Shown here piece by piece: positions 42,422-53,361 of a stretch of 64,000 nucleotides of DNA. Position 1 is the stretch's first letter, and each line of letters starts with the position of its first letter. Made by a program: the position numbers and the translations under genes. The notes under the pieces were generated by a model. It searched no databases. It was given only the letters and a program-made list of their open reading frames with translations, and was not told where the DNA came from. The DNA comes from an uncultured Methanosarcinales archaeon (lineage in GTDB: Archaea; Halobacteriota; Methanosarcinia; Methanotrichales; Methanotrichaceae): assembly GCA_963843555.1 (NCBI GenBank), contig CAWJKV010000005.1:128001-192000 (forward strand), written 5' to 3'.

Positions 42422-43528
42422 TCAGATCTCAATCAGCCTGTACTCCTTGTTTCCGAGACCAATTTCGGCCCCATAATCCAGCTGTATATTTCCCAGAGTA
42501 TTCTCCCAGACGCCCAGGAACTTGTCCTTCCCAGGCTCATGATTCCTCTGCAAGAGCGAGTTTGTGAGACCCATCTGCCGGTTCACCAGGTCGAAGCTCG
42601 CCTGGTCGATGGCCACCGGGTCGCGAGAGGCCAGGATGCCGATATCCGGGACGAGGGGAGCATCGCTCCAGGGAACGCAATCGCAGTCTGGGGTGATGTT
42701 GAGCAGGAAATTGAAGAACCCCACCCGATTCTCTTTTCCTGCAACGGCCCCAAAGGCATACTCCGTCAACCTCTCCATGAAGGGCGGAACCTCCACAAAC
42801 CAGTTGAAGTCCAGGGCATGCGTCGGGCAGACGCGCAGGCACTTGCCGCAACCCTTGCATAGATCGTAATCGACAGCCGAGATCTTCTTTTCCACGGTGA
42901 TGGCCTGGCTGGGACAGCTCTCCTGGCAGGCCCGGCAGCCCAGGCACAGCTCTGCATTGAAGATGGGTTTCGCAGAGTGCTGCTCTGCCTTTCCCTGAGC
43001 TGTAGCGCAGCCCATGCCCAGATTCTTAATGGCGCCTCCAAAGCCTGCCGGCAGATGGGCCTTGAAATGAGATACCACTATCAAACTATCACAACTGGCT
43101 ATCTCTCCCGCGATTTTGACCTTCTGGAAGTGTCTCTTGTCTATCTTAACTTCCTGGCAATTGTCGCTTTTCAGCCCGTCGGCAATGATCACCGGTGCTC
43201 CCGCAACGGCGCAGCCAAAGCCGTGCTCCAGAGCTGTCTTAAGATGATCGACTGCATTGGCGCGGCTTCCTCCGTAAAGTGTGTTGGTGTCGGTCAGAAA
43301 AGGCCTGGCTCCCTGTGCCCTGACTTTGTCTGCGATCGGCCGGACAAAGACGGGATTCACATAAGAGTCGTTTCCCTTCTCACCGAAGTGGATCTTTATT
43401 GCCGTCAAATCCCCTTTGTGCACCGCCTCATTCAGTCCGGCGGCATCGAAAAGCCCCTGGATCTTGTTTTGCTTGTTCTCCTGGTAGCTTCTCGCCCTGA
43501 TGCTGGCAAAATACACTCTGCTCTGCAA
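42422..43528 (-). CDS. DUF362 domain protein with 2x[4Fe-4S] ferredoxin insert
   Basis: AIKIHFGE.GN, TDTNTLY.G.R, HFK.H..AGFGGAIKNLGMG, two CxxCxxCxxxCP, PDCDC, DPVAIDQA. Confidence 0.92.
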   Translation of the reverse strand: MQSRVYFASIRARSYQENKQNKIQGLFDAAGLNEAVHKGDLTAIKIHFGEKGNDSYVNPVFVRPIADKVRAQGARPFLTDTNTLYGGSRANAVDHLKTALEHGFGCAVAGAPVIIADGLKSDNCQEVKIDKRHFQKVKIAGEIASCDSLIVVSHFKAHLPAGFGGAIKNLGMGCATAQGKAEQHSAKPIFNAELCLGCRACQESCPSQAITVEKKISAVDYDLCKGCGKCLRVCPTHALDFNWFVEVPPFMERLTEYAFGAVAGKENRVGFFNFLLNITPDCDCVPWSDAPLVPDIGILASRDPVAIDQASFDLVNRQMGLTNSLLQRNHEPGKDKFLGVWENTLGNIQLDYGAEIGLGNKEYRLIEI

Positions 43529-43669
43529 TTCTGGCCCACCTCTAAGTAACTGCTATCTGCATCCGGAACTAAAGAAGGTGATGCTTCGATCGATTGGATA
43601 TATTCCAGCTCATATTCAGCCTGAGGATAGCATGTCCATGCGGCCCACGCCCCGCCGGCCTCCTGGATG

Positions 43670-46600
43670 CTATGCTGGAATCGCCTTCTTAGTTGGTTTC
43701 CTATGGGCAGAGGATGTGACGGCTTCCAGGGCCGACCTCAGCTCTTCGATCTGTACCGGCTTGGAGATATATCCATCCATGCCGGCATCCAAGCATCTTT
43801 CCTTATCACCATCCAGGGCGTAAGCGGTCGTAGCCAGGATCCTGGGCCGATTTTCTAAATTCATCTCCAAAATGGCTCTGGTCGCTTCCAGGCCGTCCAT
43901 TTCCGGCATCTGCACATCCATGAGAATCACATCATAATGCTTTCGCCGCACTGCCTGCACGGCCTCCCGTCCATTGGATGCCACATCCGCCTTATAGCCC
44001 AGCTTATTCAACATGAGAAGAGCGACTTTCTGGTTGACCTGGTTGTCTTCTGCCAGCAGTATGGTCAAATCCGGGTGCTCGGCTGGGGGGCAGGAGACCC
44101 TTTTCATCCTGTGATTTTTGGGATGGAGTGCATCTTGCAAAGCGCTGCCGATGCTACTTTTCGTGACAGGCTTGATAATGGAAGTCCGGTTCATCCTATG
44201 CCGGCCCGGCTCGACAAGGGTGATTGTGGGCAGTCTCTTCTGCATCTCCTCCGCCAGCTCTTCGGCACCAGGAACCTCCGCGTCCAGAATTGCGGCATCA
44301 AAACGGCCTTGCGCCAGCTCCCGTGCTTCAAAAGCTGAGATTACGGGATGAATCTGCACCCCCAGGGAGCGGGCGATGGTGACTAGTTCCATCAGGCAGT
44401 CCTCACTGCTTACCAGGGCCATTATCTTCTTTCCAGCCAGATGGAGGTCGGTAGCATCTCCGGAAAAGGGAACCGTCTTGATTATAAAGTGAAATATTGA
44501 GCCCGATCCTTGTTCGCTCTCCGCCCAGATTTTGCCGCCCATGAGCTCTACCAGCCGTCTGCTTATGGCAAGGCCCAGGCCTGTGCCGCCGTATTTCCTG
44601 GAGGTGGAAGCATCGACCTGACTGAAGGACAGGAAGAGTTTGTCCATATCCATCGGAGAGATACCAATTCCTGTATCGGATACACTGAACTGGATCTCAT
44701 CCGGCTCGTCTTTCAATTGCACACGAATTGCTACTCTGCCACGTTCCGTGAATTTGACGGCATTACTGAGGAGGTTGGCCAGGACCTGGCGCAGTCTGGA
44801 AGAGTCACCCATAATGGTTTGGGGAACACCCTCGGCCACTACGTAAATCAGCTCCAGACCCTTCTCTGCAGCTTTTGCGGCTACCATGTCCAGTGAGGAT
44901 TCAAGGCTATCACGCAAACCGAATGGTCGATGCTCCAGCAACATCCTGCCTTCCTCGATCTTGGAGAAATCCAGGATGTCGTTGATGATGGCAAGCAATG
45001 AATCGCCACTGCTGTAAATTGTCTCGACAAAATCACGTTGCTCGAGCGTTAGATCTGTATCGAGCAAAAGTCCAGCAAGGCCAATGACAGAGTTCATTGG
45101 GGTTCGTATCTCATGGCTCATATTGGCCAAGAATTCGCTCTTGGCCTGGGAAGCAGTATCTGCCGCCTGCTGAGCCTGGCGAAGCGCTCTTTCCGTCTTT
45201 TTATGTTCGACCATCTCCTCTTGCAGAGCACCATTAGCCCTTAAAAGCCAGGCCGTCCTCTCCGCTACCCTCTTCTCCAGATCTTCCTGCGTTCTCTTTA
45301 GGGCTTCTTCAGTTCTCCTCCGCATAATGGCGTCCCCAAAGCTCCCGGCCGCCGCGTGAAGTATGGCAATTTCATTATCGATCCATTGCCTCTCGGCATG
45401 GCAGTCATCAAAACATATAATTGCATAAAACCGGCCTTCGATGAAGATGGGCACGAGCAAGAAGGAACGAACTCCATTCCTCTCCAATATCTTTCGACCG
45501 GGAGCCGGGACCTGGGAAGTAATGCCCTGGATGCAATTATCGAGAGCCAGTGCCTCCTGCCACTCTCTGAAAAGGTCGCTATTGGAGAAGCCTCCAGAGC
45601 CTGGCTTTGCAGGTTCCCTGAACCACTGCAGAGCCTGGCTTTGCAGGCATTCATGCTGCGTCGAATCAAGGATCTCCAGAATCTGAATCCGGTCTACATC
45701 GGCGGCAGTGCCCAGGATTCCCAGAGCCACTTGCACGGCATTGGGATCGGGTGTGAGAAGGTAGTTGGTGGCCCTGGCGACCCCCTGTAGCAGCAAGTCG
45801 CGCCTATGCAGCTCTTCCTCAGCCCTGCGTCTCTGGATGAGCTTCCACATACCGCCCATGAGCAGAGTGAGCTGACGCACATCGGCTTCGTTATACTCAT
45901 CCTCCTTATTGCCGACACCAGCCACAATCACTATCCTGCCCTTGTCCATGATGGGCACGTTCATGTGGCGCAAGACCGAAACATGACCGGGTGGAAGGCC
46001 TCGCTTCTCAGTGCAGGAAGGATAATCATTGGTTATTACTGCTCTTCGCTGTCGCACAGCATCGCCCCAAAGGCCCGTCTCCTCCAGAAGGTAGACCATC
46101 TTTTTCTGGTCTATGTTGCATTCCTGCATCGCTTCCTTGGACCAATGGTGCATTACGAGAATTTTCTCCTCTTTATCCACGAAGGCCAGATAGCCGACTT
46201 TTGAGCCGGTCAGCTTCACCCCGGCTTGCAGGGCGAAATCGGTTACCTCTTGTATGGATGCCTCATCCATCTGGTTCAGCTTCAGCAGCGCTTCCAGCCT
46301 GGAATCGTCCAGGAGAAGGGCTTCCTCGGCATGCATGCGATCGGTTATGTTGTAAAAGTTAGCGAGCAGGTAGATAGGCTTCCCGGAATCGTCCAAGACC
46401 CGCGCACAGATCATCTCTGCAGTGTAGGTTTGGCCATCACTCCTCCGTATGGGAAGCTCGCCGCGCCACTGTCCATGACTCTTGAGTGCGGGAAAGATCT
46501 CTTCACGCAGTTTGCTCTTGCCGTCTATGCTCGTGAATTCGAATACCGACCTTCCCCGAATCGGAGATGTATCACTGGAACCGCTGTTCTCCAGAAGGCT

Positions 46601-47230
46601 GCGGTTAACATATTCAATCCTGCCGTCGAGATCAGTAAGCACGATGGCCGTGGGCGCCGTGTCCACGGCTCTTGTCATTTTCCTTATTTCAATCTCTGCG
46701 ACCTTCAGCTCGGTTATATCTCGCACATAACCTGCCAGGCCCAGGGTCATTCCCGACTCGTTTCGCCAGGGGTAATAAATGGAGTCGAGATAGCGCTCCT
46801 TTCCCTGTATTGTGACTTGCACTTCGGTTCGGGCACTCTGGCCCGTCAACATAACCTCCTCTTTGATCCTTCTCACCCGCTGGGCTTCCGAAGGAGAAAA
46901 GATCTGGGTTTCAGTCTTTCCCAGTATCCGAGTTGCATCTCTTCCGAACGGCAATTCCTGAGAAAACCAGGTGTAGCGCAGATCGCGATCTTGCAGGAAT
47001 AGGAAATCCGGAGAGCAAGAGAGCATCTGACGAAAGGCATCTTCACCCGGAGGGGTGCGGCGCTGCCCCTCCAATGATACAGAAATATCGTCCAGATTTC
47101 GCCTCAAATCGTCAAGAAATTCTGGTAAAGATCCGCTATCATGTCCGCTCTCCAGGCAATTATCTACGCGCTGGCGCATGCGTTGGATCTTCGCTTCTAT
47201 CTCGCCACCTGTAAGCTTCTCTTCGCTCAA
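43670..47230 (-). CDS. Soluble hybrid sensor histidine kinase (PAS-PAS-GAF-GAF-HisKA-HATPase-degenerate REC-REC)
   Basis: [55 protein letters not shown]. Confidence 0.95.
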   Translation of the reverse strand: MSEEKLTGGEIEAKIQRMRQRVDNCLESGHDSGSLPEFLDDLRRNLDDISVSLEGQRRTPPGEDAFRQMLSCSPDFLFLQDRDLRYTWFSQELPFGRDATRILGKTETQIFSPSEAQRVRRIKEEVMLTGQSARTEVQVTIQGKERYLDSIYYPWRNESGMTLGLAGYVRDITELKVAEIEIRKMTRAVDTAPTAIVLTDLDGRIEYVNRSLLENSGSSDTSPIRGRSVFEFTSIDGKSKLREEIFPALKSHGQWRGELPIRRSDGQTYTAEMICARVLDDSGKPIYLLANFYNITDRMHAEEALLLDDSRLEALLKLNQMDEASIQEVTDFALQAGVKLTGSKVGYLAFVDKEEKILVMHHWSKEAMQECNIDQKKMVYLLEETGLWGDAVRQRRAVITNDYPSCTEKRGLPPGHVSVLRHMNVPIMDKGRIVIVAGVGNKEDEYNEADVRQLTLLMGGMWKLIQRRRAEEELHRRDLLLQGVARATNYLLTPDPNAVQVALGILGTAADVDRIQILEILDSTQHECLQSQALQWFREPAKPGSGGFSNSDLFREWQEALALDNCIQGITSQVPAPGRKILERNGVRSFLLVPIFIEGRFYAIICFDDCHAERQWIDNEIAILHAAAGSFGDAIMRRRTEEALKRTQEDLEKRVAERTAWLLRANGALQEEMVEHKKTERALRQAQQAADTASQAKSEFLANMSHEIRTPMNSVIGLAGLLLDTDLTLEQRDFVETIYSSGDSLLAIINDILDFSKIEEGRMLLEHRPFGLRDSLESSLDMVAAKAAEKGLELIYVVAEGVPQTIMGDSSRLRQVLANLLSNAVKFTERGRVAIRVQLKDEPDEIQFSVSDTGIGISPMDMDKLFLSFSQVDASTSRKYGGTGLGLAISRRLVELMGGKIWAESEQGSGSIFHFIIKTVPFSGDATDLHLAGKKIMALVSSEDCLMELVTIARSLGVQIHPVISAFEARELAQGRFDAAILDAEVPGAEELAEEMQKRLPTITLVEPGRHRMNRTSIIKPVTKSSIGSALQDALHPKNHRMKRVSCPPAEHPDLTILLAEDNQVNQKVALLMLNKLGYKADVASNGREAVQAVRRKHYDVILMDVQMPEMDGLEATRAILEMNLENRPRILATTAYALDGDKERCLDAGMDGYISKPVQIEELRSALEAVTSSAHRKPTKKAIPA

Positions 47231-47443
47231 AACTCTATCCCTGCCTGCTCTCAGGGATTGGCATCTTACGTCCTAATCAATATATTGAATCTCCAAAGAT
47301 ATATATTTTAAGTTTATCCGATTGTTCTGCGCCACGACATTGTTTTGCAGCATAGATTGTACACTCTAAAAGGTTGTCCAAAATCATAACTCGCCTGAGT
47401 GGAACTGGTGTTCTGTATGAGAGAATCTCTAAACCATCTCTTA

Positions 47444-47956
47444 CTATTTCCCTATCCCGCGCTCCAACAGTTCAATCAGCTCCTCTGTATTGTACCTCGA
47501 TATCAGATCCAGCAATCTATCCGTCTGCCGGTAAAATCGTCTAACTTTGTCGATCCTCTCCAATGTAGCCAAAGATACATCCACAGAGGCCCGAAGATCC
47601 CTTTCCGTCCTGTCCAGAGCCACCATAATGCTCTGCATTCCTTGCCTCATGTTTATTATCAGATCCTTCTTCAGAGAATCAGGATCGGTTATCGGAATAT
47701 AGTGGTACTTCTTATCTCCCTGTATGATCACCCTTTTGGCCAGACCCTGTCTCTCCAGTGTGCTCATATTGGTGCTTACTGTGGACTTGCTGTAGCCGGT
47801 CTCTTCTACAAGCTGGTCCATGGAAAGTGGCTCATCGGTCAGAAAGAGAGTGCCACGCAAAACGCCTACCGCATCGCAACAGCCGCAGCTATTGGCCCCT
47901 TTGACACAAGCATCTATCATGTATCTTTTTAGGATATGGCGTTCGTCTCGATCCAT
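47444..47956 (-). CDS. GbsR/MarR family transcriptional regulator
   Basis: LFL.DEPLSMDQL.EETGYSKSTVS.NM..LE..G.....G.KK..Y winged HTH; probable start ATG 47956. Confidence 0.88.
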   Translation of the reverse strand: MDRDERHILKRYMIDACVKGANSCGCCDAVGVLRGTLFLTDEPLSMDQLVEETGYSKSTVSTNMSTLERQGLAKRVIIQGDKKYHYIPITDPDSLKKDLIINMRQGMQSIMVALDRTERDLRASVDVSLATLERIDKVRRFYRQTDRLLDLISRYNTEELIELLERGIGK

Positions 47957-47998
47957 CCCTATAATGAAGACCACAAATTTTAAGTACTTTTCGCATGT

Positions 47999-48022
47999 TT
48001 CGGACGTTTGGTCATTTCCGAA
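47999..48022. promoter_or_regulatory. Candidate operator between the divergent regulator and RND genes
   Basis: TTCGGA-N12-TCCGAA inverted repeat, 19 nt upstream of the RND ATG. Confidence 0.5.
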
Positions 48023-48041
48023 CGACATTGGAGTGAACTTA

Positions 48042-50387
48042 ATGAAAGGCTTGGAGCGGCTCGGCCAATGGATCGCAGATAATCCTATAATAATCATAGC
48101 GGCCGCACTACTTTTAACTATAGCCTCACTCCACTACGCTCAACAAATCGAGATGCAAGGAATGACCACTGAGAGCATGGTGGGCAAGGATTCACCCCTC
48201 TATCAGATTTATGACCATCTTTATGTTGAGAATTTTGGCACGGAGTCCATCGCCGTCCTGATTGAAGCGAATGATGTCACAAGACCGGAGATTCTTAAGT
48301 CTATGCTTTTGCTTTCAGATAAAATGAAGGAAGCTCCGAATGTGCTGGGAGTAATAAGCATAGCAGATATAGTGGCCGATGCAGAGGAGAACAGGACCGG
48401 TGTGAGAAGCATTCCCGAACAGGAGACGATAGATGAGATTTTATCCGATCCCGGCAATCCGGCAATAAGTGCCATAATGCCTGAGAAAAAGCATACCATG
48501 CTCTCCATCGATCTGCCTGTCAAATTGACGGAAGCACAACTGGGAGAGCTATACCTGGAGACGGGCGGCCAGGTGAAGATGGCAGACTTTCCGCCGGACG
48601 TGGGGGTTACAGTCACCGGTGAACCGGCACTCATGAAATCGATAACCGAGGAGATGGCCAAGAGCAATGGCCCCATTCTCGCCCTGGCGGGATTGCTCAT
48701 GATAATAGCGTTACTGCTCACTTTCAATCATGTAAAGTGGTCTCTCTTGCCTATCCCCGTCGTCTTTCTGGGTGTGATCTGGACCTTTGGAGCCATGGGA
48801 TTTTTGCATATACCTTTCACCATGGTATCAATGTCCGCCTTCCCGGTTCTGATTGGCATTGGCATCGATTATGCCATCCAGTTTCACAACAGGATTGATG
48901 AGGAATTCGCCAAAGGCGGAACGCCAGTCAATGCCGTGATAGAGACGGTCAAGCATGTCTCGAAGCCTGTCATGATCGCTCTGATCATAACCGCTATGGG
49001 GTTCGTCTCGCTTTTGACCTCGTCCGTGCCCATGACCAGAGATTTCGGGCTGATCTGTCTGGTAGGGCTCTTCCTATGCTACCTCTCCGCCCTCTTTGTG
49101 GGAGTGACTCTGCTCTACATAGTTGAGCGAAGAAACTCTGGAAATAGGTCGGGGGATAACACAGACGCGGCTGCCGATGTGGCTGCCAATTTACCAGAAG
49201 ATACGGTCATCGGGGGGATATTGGAACGCGTTTCGGATATCTGCATTCAAAAATGGCGCCTGGTGCTGGCAATAGCCCTCATCCTCTCACTGGGTGGGAT
49301 CTATGCAGACACTCAGGTCCTCGTCGACACCGACTTCAAGAACTATGTGCCTCAGGATCTTGCACCGTTAATTGAATTCAGACATATGAGCGACATCTTC
49401 GGGGGCACGGATACGGTTGAACTGCTTGTACAAGCCGATGACATTACCGATCCTGACATATTGCAGTGGATGGACGAGTTTACCATCTATCTTCAGAATT
49501 CCCGAGATCAAATATCCGGATACGCGAGCATTGCAGATTTCGTAAAACAGGCAAATGGCGGGGAATTGCCCCGGGATCAAACCGAGATCAGAAATCTGAT
49601 CGATGGACTTCCGCCCAATTTGCGGGACAGGTATCTGGACGGTCACAATACTGCTCTGATCGACCTGAATGTGGGCCAGGCTATCAGCAACCTGGGTGCG
49701 GAGGGCACAGACCGGCTCATTAAAGAGATCGACAAAGATGTCGCGTGGTATCCTCCACCACCAGGTGTGTCTGTCCGGGAGACCGGCGACTCAGTTGTAA
49801 TGACCACCGTCATCAGTGCCCTGACCACAGGAAGAACGCAGATGACACTGCTCGGATTGGTATTGATCTTTATCGTGCTCCTGTTCATCTACAGGGACCT
49901 CATCAAGGCGCTCCTGCCGGTACTGCCTATGCTGGTGGTAATCGGCTGGATGGGTGGGGTGATGTACATGACAGGAATGAAATACACACCGCTTACGGCA
50001 TGTCTGGGTGCGCTCATCCTCGGTGTGGGATCGGAATACGCCATATTGATGATGGAGCGCTTCTATGAAGAGCTGGCGAAGGTCGGAGAACCCCTGGAGG
50101 CGCTGAAGATCTCAACACGGCGCATCGGCTCGGCATTGATTGCCTCGGGCCTGACCACTGTATTCGGATTTGCGGCCTTGATATCTTCGCCCTTCTTAAT
50201 CACAAATAATTTCGGGACGGTTACAGTCCTGGCGATAGTACTCGCTCTGTTGACGACCTTCACTGTCTTCGTGGTGCTCATGTACCGCATGGAGATAAGA
50301 CGCGCCGCAGTGGAGAATGCTAAGTACGAGATGTTGAAAGCCCTCCGGCTGATAAAGCCCTGGGGGAGGATGACCGATGAGACTTAA
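48042..50387 (+). CDS. RND superfamily transporter (HAE3/MMPL-like)
   Basis: Two repeats of TM + extracellular domain + 5 TM; GIGIDYAI and GVGSEYAI motifs; probable start ATG 48042. Confidence 0.92.
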   Translation: MKGLERLGQWIADNPIIIIAAALLLTIASLHYAQQIEMQGMTTESMVGKDSPLYQIYDHLYVENFGTESIAVLIEANDVTRPEILKSMLLLSDKMKEAPNVLGVISIADIVADAEENRTGVRSIPEQETIDEILSDPGNPAISAIMPEKKHTMLSIDLPVKLTEAQLGELYLETGGQVKMADFPPDVGVTVTGEPALMKSITEEMAKSNGPILALAGLLMIIALLLTFNHVKWSLLPIPVVFLGVIWTFGAMGFLHIPFTMVSMSAFPVLIGIGIDYAIQFHNRIDEEFAKGGTPVNAVIETVKHVSKPVMIALIITAMGFVSLLTSSVPMTRDFGLICLVGLFLCYLSALFVGVTLLYIVERRNSGNRSGDNTDAAADVAANLPEDTVIGGILERVSDICIQKWRLVLAIALILSLGGIYADTQVLVDTDFKNYVPQDLAPLIEFRHMSDIFGGTDTVELLVQADDITDPDILQWMDEFTIYLQNSRDQISGYASIADFVKQANGGELPRDQTEIRNLIDGLPPNLRDRYLDGHNTALIDLNVGQAISNLGAEGTDRLIKEIDKDVAWYPPPPGVSVRETGDSVVMTTVISALTTGRTQMTLLGLVLIFIVLLFIYRDLIKALLPVLPMLVVIGWMGGVMYMTGMKYTPLTACLGALILGVGSEYAILMMERFYEELAKVGEPLEALKISTRRIGSALIASGLTTVFGFAALISSPFLITNNFGTVTVLAIVLALLTTFTVFVVLMYRMEIRRAAVENAKYEMLKALRLIKPWGRMTDET

Positions 50388-51429
50388 ATTGGCCTATGTT
50401 GCCCTCTGTCTATTCACTTTAGTGGCCGCCGTTCAGGCTCAAGACACATATATTCCTTTTGAGCTGGGCGGAGACAATTACTACACCATGTATGGTGGTC
50501 CGAGTATCTCAGCTAGCGTGGCCGGGACAGATGAGTTCGAGCGTGGGGATACCGTTTCCCTGTACGCCGATTTGACTAACTATGGAAGGATACTGGGTTT
50601 CAAACAGGATCAGACTCCTCAGAACCCTAAAGAGTTCAATCTAGCAAATAGCGAACTGCAAGAAGAGTACAAGAAGCCTACCGCATTGGGAATTACAGCA
50701 AACCTCGCCTCCAATAATTCCGAGATCGATATAAAATCCGGGAGCCAGGTGGTGGAATCCCTGAAGTCGGGTGATAAGACCCAATCGCCTTTAAAGTTCA
50801 CCATTAAAATTGGAGAGCACGCTCCTGCGGGGATTTATCCTCTGGGTCTAAACCTGTCTTACGACTACCAGGATAACGTCCGGGTCTCTGCTTCCGACCT
50901 TTCAACCAGCGGAGGCTCGCCAACTCTGGTGAACTACAGAGTCTCCTACATCTACCAGAAGGCCAATCAGACATTGCCTATCCTCATCACAGTCAAGAAG
51001 CAGGCTGACTTCGAGATAGTCAATGCCACGGCTTCGCTCGCTGCGGGCGACAAGAAAGCGCCGATCGACGTCACCTACAAGAATATCGGCGAGGATCCCG
51101 TCCGAGATGGAGTGGCAAGGCTGTCCATATTCAAGCCATTCTCTTCCACCGATGACCAGGCATTCATTGGGACCCTAGGTCCGGGAGAAGAGAAGACCGT
51201 CGTCTTCTGGATAGATGTGGACTCAGATGCTACGCCCAAGGATTATGGTATAAATAGCGAGATCAAATATACTGATGTCAATGGCGATACTGTCATCTCC
51301 GAGAGCATGAAGATCCCGGTTTCAGTCAATGCCGCCTCTGCGTCTCTGCTCCTACCGGCAATAGTCATTCTTATCATAATAGTCGCAGCAGGCTGGTATA
51401 TGTATAGAAGAAAACAGAAGAAGGCCTGA
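50377..51429 (+). CDS. COG1361 S-layer-family exported protein with C-terminal TM anchor
   Basis: Signal peptide, F.I.I...A.AG.Y.L, PFSSTDD.AF.G.L.PGE, Y..N.EIKY, TM + RRKQKK; overlaps the RND stop. Confidence 0.88.
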   Translation: MRLKLAYVALCLFTLVAAVQAQDTYIPFELGGDNYYTMYGGPSISASVAGTDEFERGDTVSLYADLTNYGRILGFKQDQTPQNPKEFNLANSELQEEYKKPTALGITANLASNNSEIDIKSGSQVVESLKSGDKTQSPLKFTIKIGEHAPAGIYPLGLNLSYDYQDNVRVSASDLSTSGGSPTLVNYRVSYIYQKANQTLPILITVKKQADFEIVNATASLAAGDKKAPIDVTYKNIGEDPVRDGVARLSIFKPFSSTDDQAFIGTLGPGEEKTVVFWIDVDSDATPKDYGINSEIKYTDVNGDTVISESMKIPVSVNAASASLLLPAIVILIIIVAAGWYMYRRKQKKA

Positions 51430-51835
51430 ACCTGGTGGCAATCTTTCTGTACTCTCTCTTTTTTGTCGCTTGGGGAATAGGCTGATCTGAAATATCGAGA
51501 AGACTTTTTTCTTAATAGTGACAGCAGACGAGTTCCTGTCCGGGGCTTATTGAGCTTGAGCATTGTTCCTCGATCTCTTCTGCCTCATCAGAGTCCCGGC
51601 CAGCTTCTCACACCTGGATGGGAGTTTGCACAGGCGCGTAGCAGCAATATCCAAGATCAGCTAAAATGGTTCAGAGGCCGCACCGGCGTGTTCGGGCATG
51701 ACAGTCCTGGGAGAAAGCTCGTCGCATGTTGTCGCACAGGTCCATACCCTCCGCTGAAGGGAATGTTTCAGCAAAGGAAATAAGGGAGTAGGGGAATATA
51801 ATACCTAATTAATTCCTCTAAAAGGAGTTGGGAAA

Positions 51836-52255
51836 ATGAATTTCTTAAGCAAAAAGAATCTGATAAGCCTATCGTCGCTGCTGCTCATAACGCTGGCACT
51901 TCTTGCAGTAACAGTCTACGCCGCGGATTCAACGAGCGGAGCTGCTACGAATAATACAACGCCTAACAATGTGACCATAGATGTGGTGGCCAATGGCATG
52001 GCCTTTAATACCAGCACCATTACCGTTCCCGCTGGAGCTAATGTCACCATCAATTTCAACAATATGGACGGCATTCCCCACAACGTCGCCTTTTATGAGA
52101 ATCAGGATGCTAAGAAGGCAATATTTGTGGGGGATGTGATCAACGGGCCCAAAACGATCACCTACAACTTCGTCGCTCCAGCCACGCCGGGAACATACTT
52201 CTTCCGCTGCAATGTTCATCCCCTGTCCATGTTTGGGGACTTCATCGTAAAGTGA
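51836..52255 (+). CDS. Exported cupredoxin (blue copper) domain protein
   Basis: Signal peptide, F....ITVPAG..V, PHNV, PGTYFFRC.VHP..M type-1 copper ligands (H, C, H, M). Confidence 0.92.
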   Translation: MNFLSKKNLISLSSLLLITLALLAVTVYAADSTSGAATNNTTPNNVTIDVVANGMAFNTSTITVPAGANVTINFNNMDGIPHNVAFYENQDAKKAIFVGDVINGPKTITYNFVAPATPGTYFFRCNVHPLSMFGDFIVK

Positions 52256-52267
52256 GCGAGGGCGAAA

Positions 52268-52290
52268 GCGGTTCCCACCGCACTTTTTTC
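52268..52290 (+). terminator. Hairpin plus oligo-T terminator
   Basis: gcggt-tccc-accgc followed by acttttttc. Confidence 0.55.
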
Positions 52291-52568
52291 AAGAATTCCA
52301 TGGGATGTATGCAGATAAGATTGGATTCGATAGAGAGAGTTCGTTACAGTCACCCTGCAATTGCAAATGCCGCGAGTTCGTAATTATCGATTGCATAAGT
52401 TATAACAATGCGTTATGCAAGGTTTAGCCTTTCAACATGTAGACACCCCGACTGGCCGAGACAAAGCTACTCAAGGAAACGAGGCTAAGAGAGTTGCTAG
52501 CTTTTTGGTGAATGTGCATAAGTCTACCAAGAAAGATTATAAACAAAGGAGACTAACGTTATCCTTGC

Positions 52569-53054
52569 ATGGCAGATGAAGCAAGATATTTCGAGGAACG
52601 CCGAGAGAAGCTGGCAGAGCTGGTGCGTTTCTTGCAGCAGGGTGAAGTGCCCATGTTGCGTCGTGATAAGACCGAGGGATTTGATGATCTTCCCTATCTG
52701 CTGGTGAAGGGAGCTCAGGATAAGAATTATCTCCTAGGTATGGTCTATGCCCAAAATGGTTTAGAGGCTCCATTTGACATCGGTAAGGCATGTGAATATT
52801 CACCATCACATATTAACATCAAAATTCCCGGAAGGAAACCATTATGTCTTGGAGACGTCAGTGACGCCGAAACAATCGGCACTTTAACTGAAAAGCTTGC
52901 CGAGAGTCTGGGAGTTGACAAGCGAAATTGGGGCTTTTATGTGGCAGGACCCAAAATGCAAGGCGAATTTCTTCCTAACAGCGCAAAAGTGCGTGAGATC
53001 ATGACCAATCATGCCAAGAATTTGCATTTTCTTCCAAAGACTGCTATCAAGTAG
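52569..53054 (+). CDS. Hypothetical protein with C-terminal ubiquitin-like (beta-grasp) domain
   Basis: 161-aa ORF; last ~80 aa follow the ubiquitin/YukD hydrophobic pattern by eye. Confidence 0.6.
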   Translation: MADEARYFEERREKLAELVRFLQQGEVPMLRRDKTEGFDDLPYLLVKGAQDKNYLLGMVYAQNGLEAPFDIGKACEYSPSHINIKIPGRKPLCLGDVSDAETIGTLTEKLAESLGVDKRNWGFYVAGPKMQGEFLPNSAKVREIMTNHAKNLHFLPKTAIK

Positions 53055-53361
53055 CTCTTTTGTAGACCCTAATTGACTCGCTGAGTAACAAACACCGTCC
53101 AACCGAGCGATTCCAGAGTAAAATGGCAGGTGCATCGGAAATTCCCCTCGGGCTCATGCGCCAGTTAATCCCGATGCATCATAGGTTCTTTGCTTTTCCC
53201 GGCTGCCTCATCGCAATATTTCCTTGCGGTAATAGCATTAAAATTGACTCATACAACAAGGGCTGCGTGGATCGGTGGGGCCGCGAAAGAGGACGTCCAT
53301 GTAAGCGTCGCCTATCCTCATCTTCAGCAAGTATTTATACTTAATAGATGAAATAATAAGC

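Noticed and set aside
47820..48097. Head-to-head overlap of the RND and GbsR-like ORFs
   Set aside because: Both starts are over-extended; ATG 47956 (-) and ATG 48042 (+) leave a normal 85-nt spacer.
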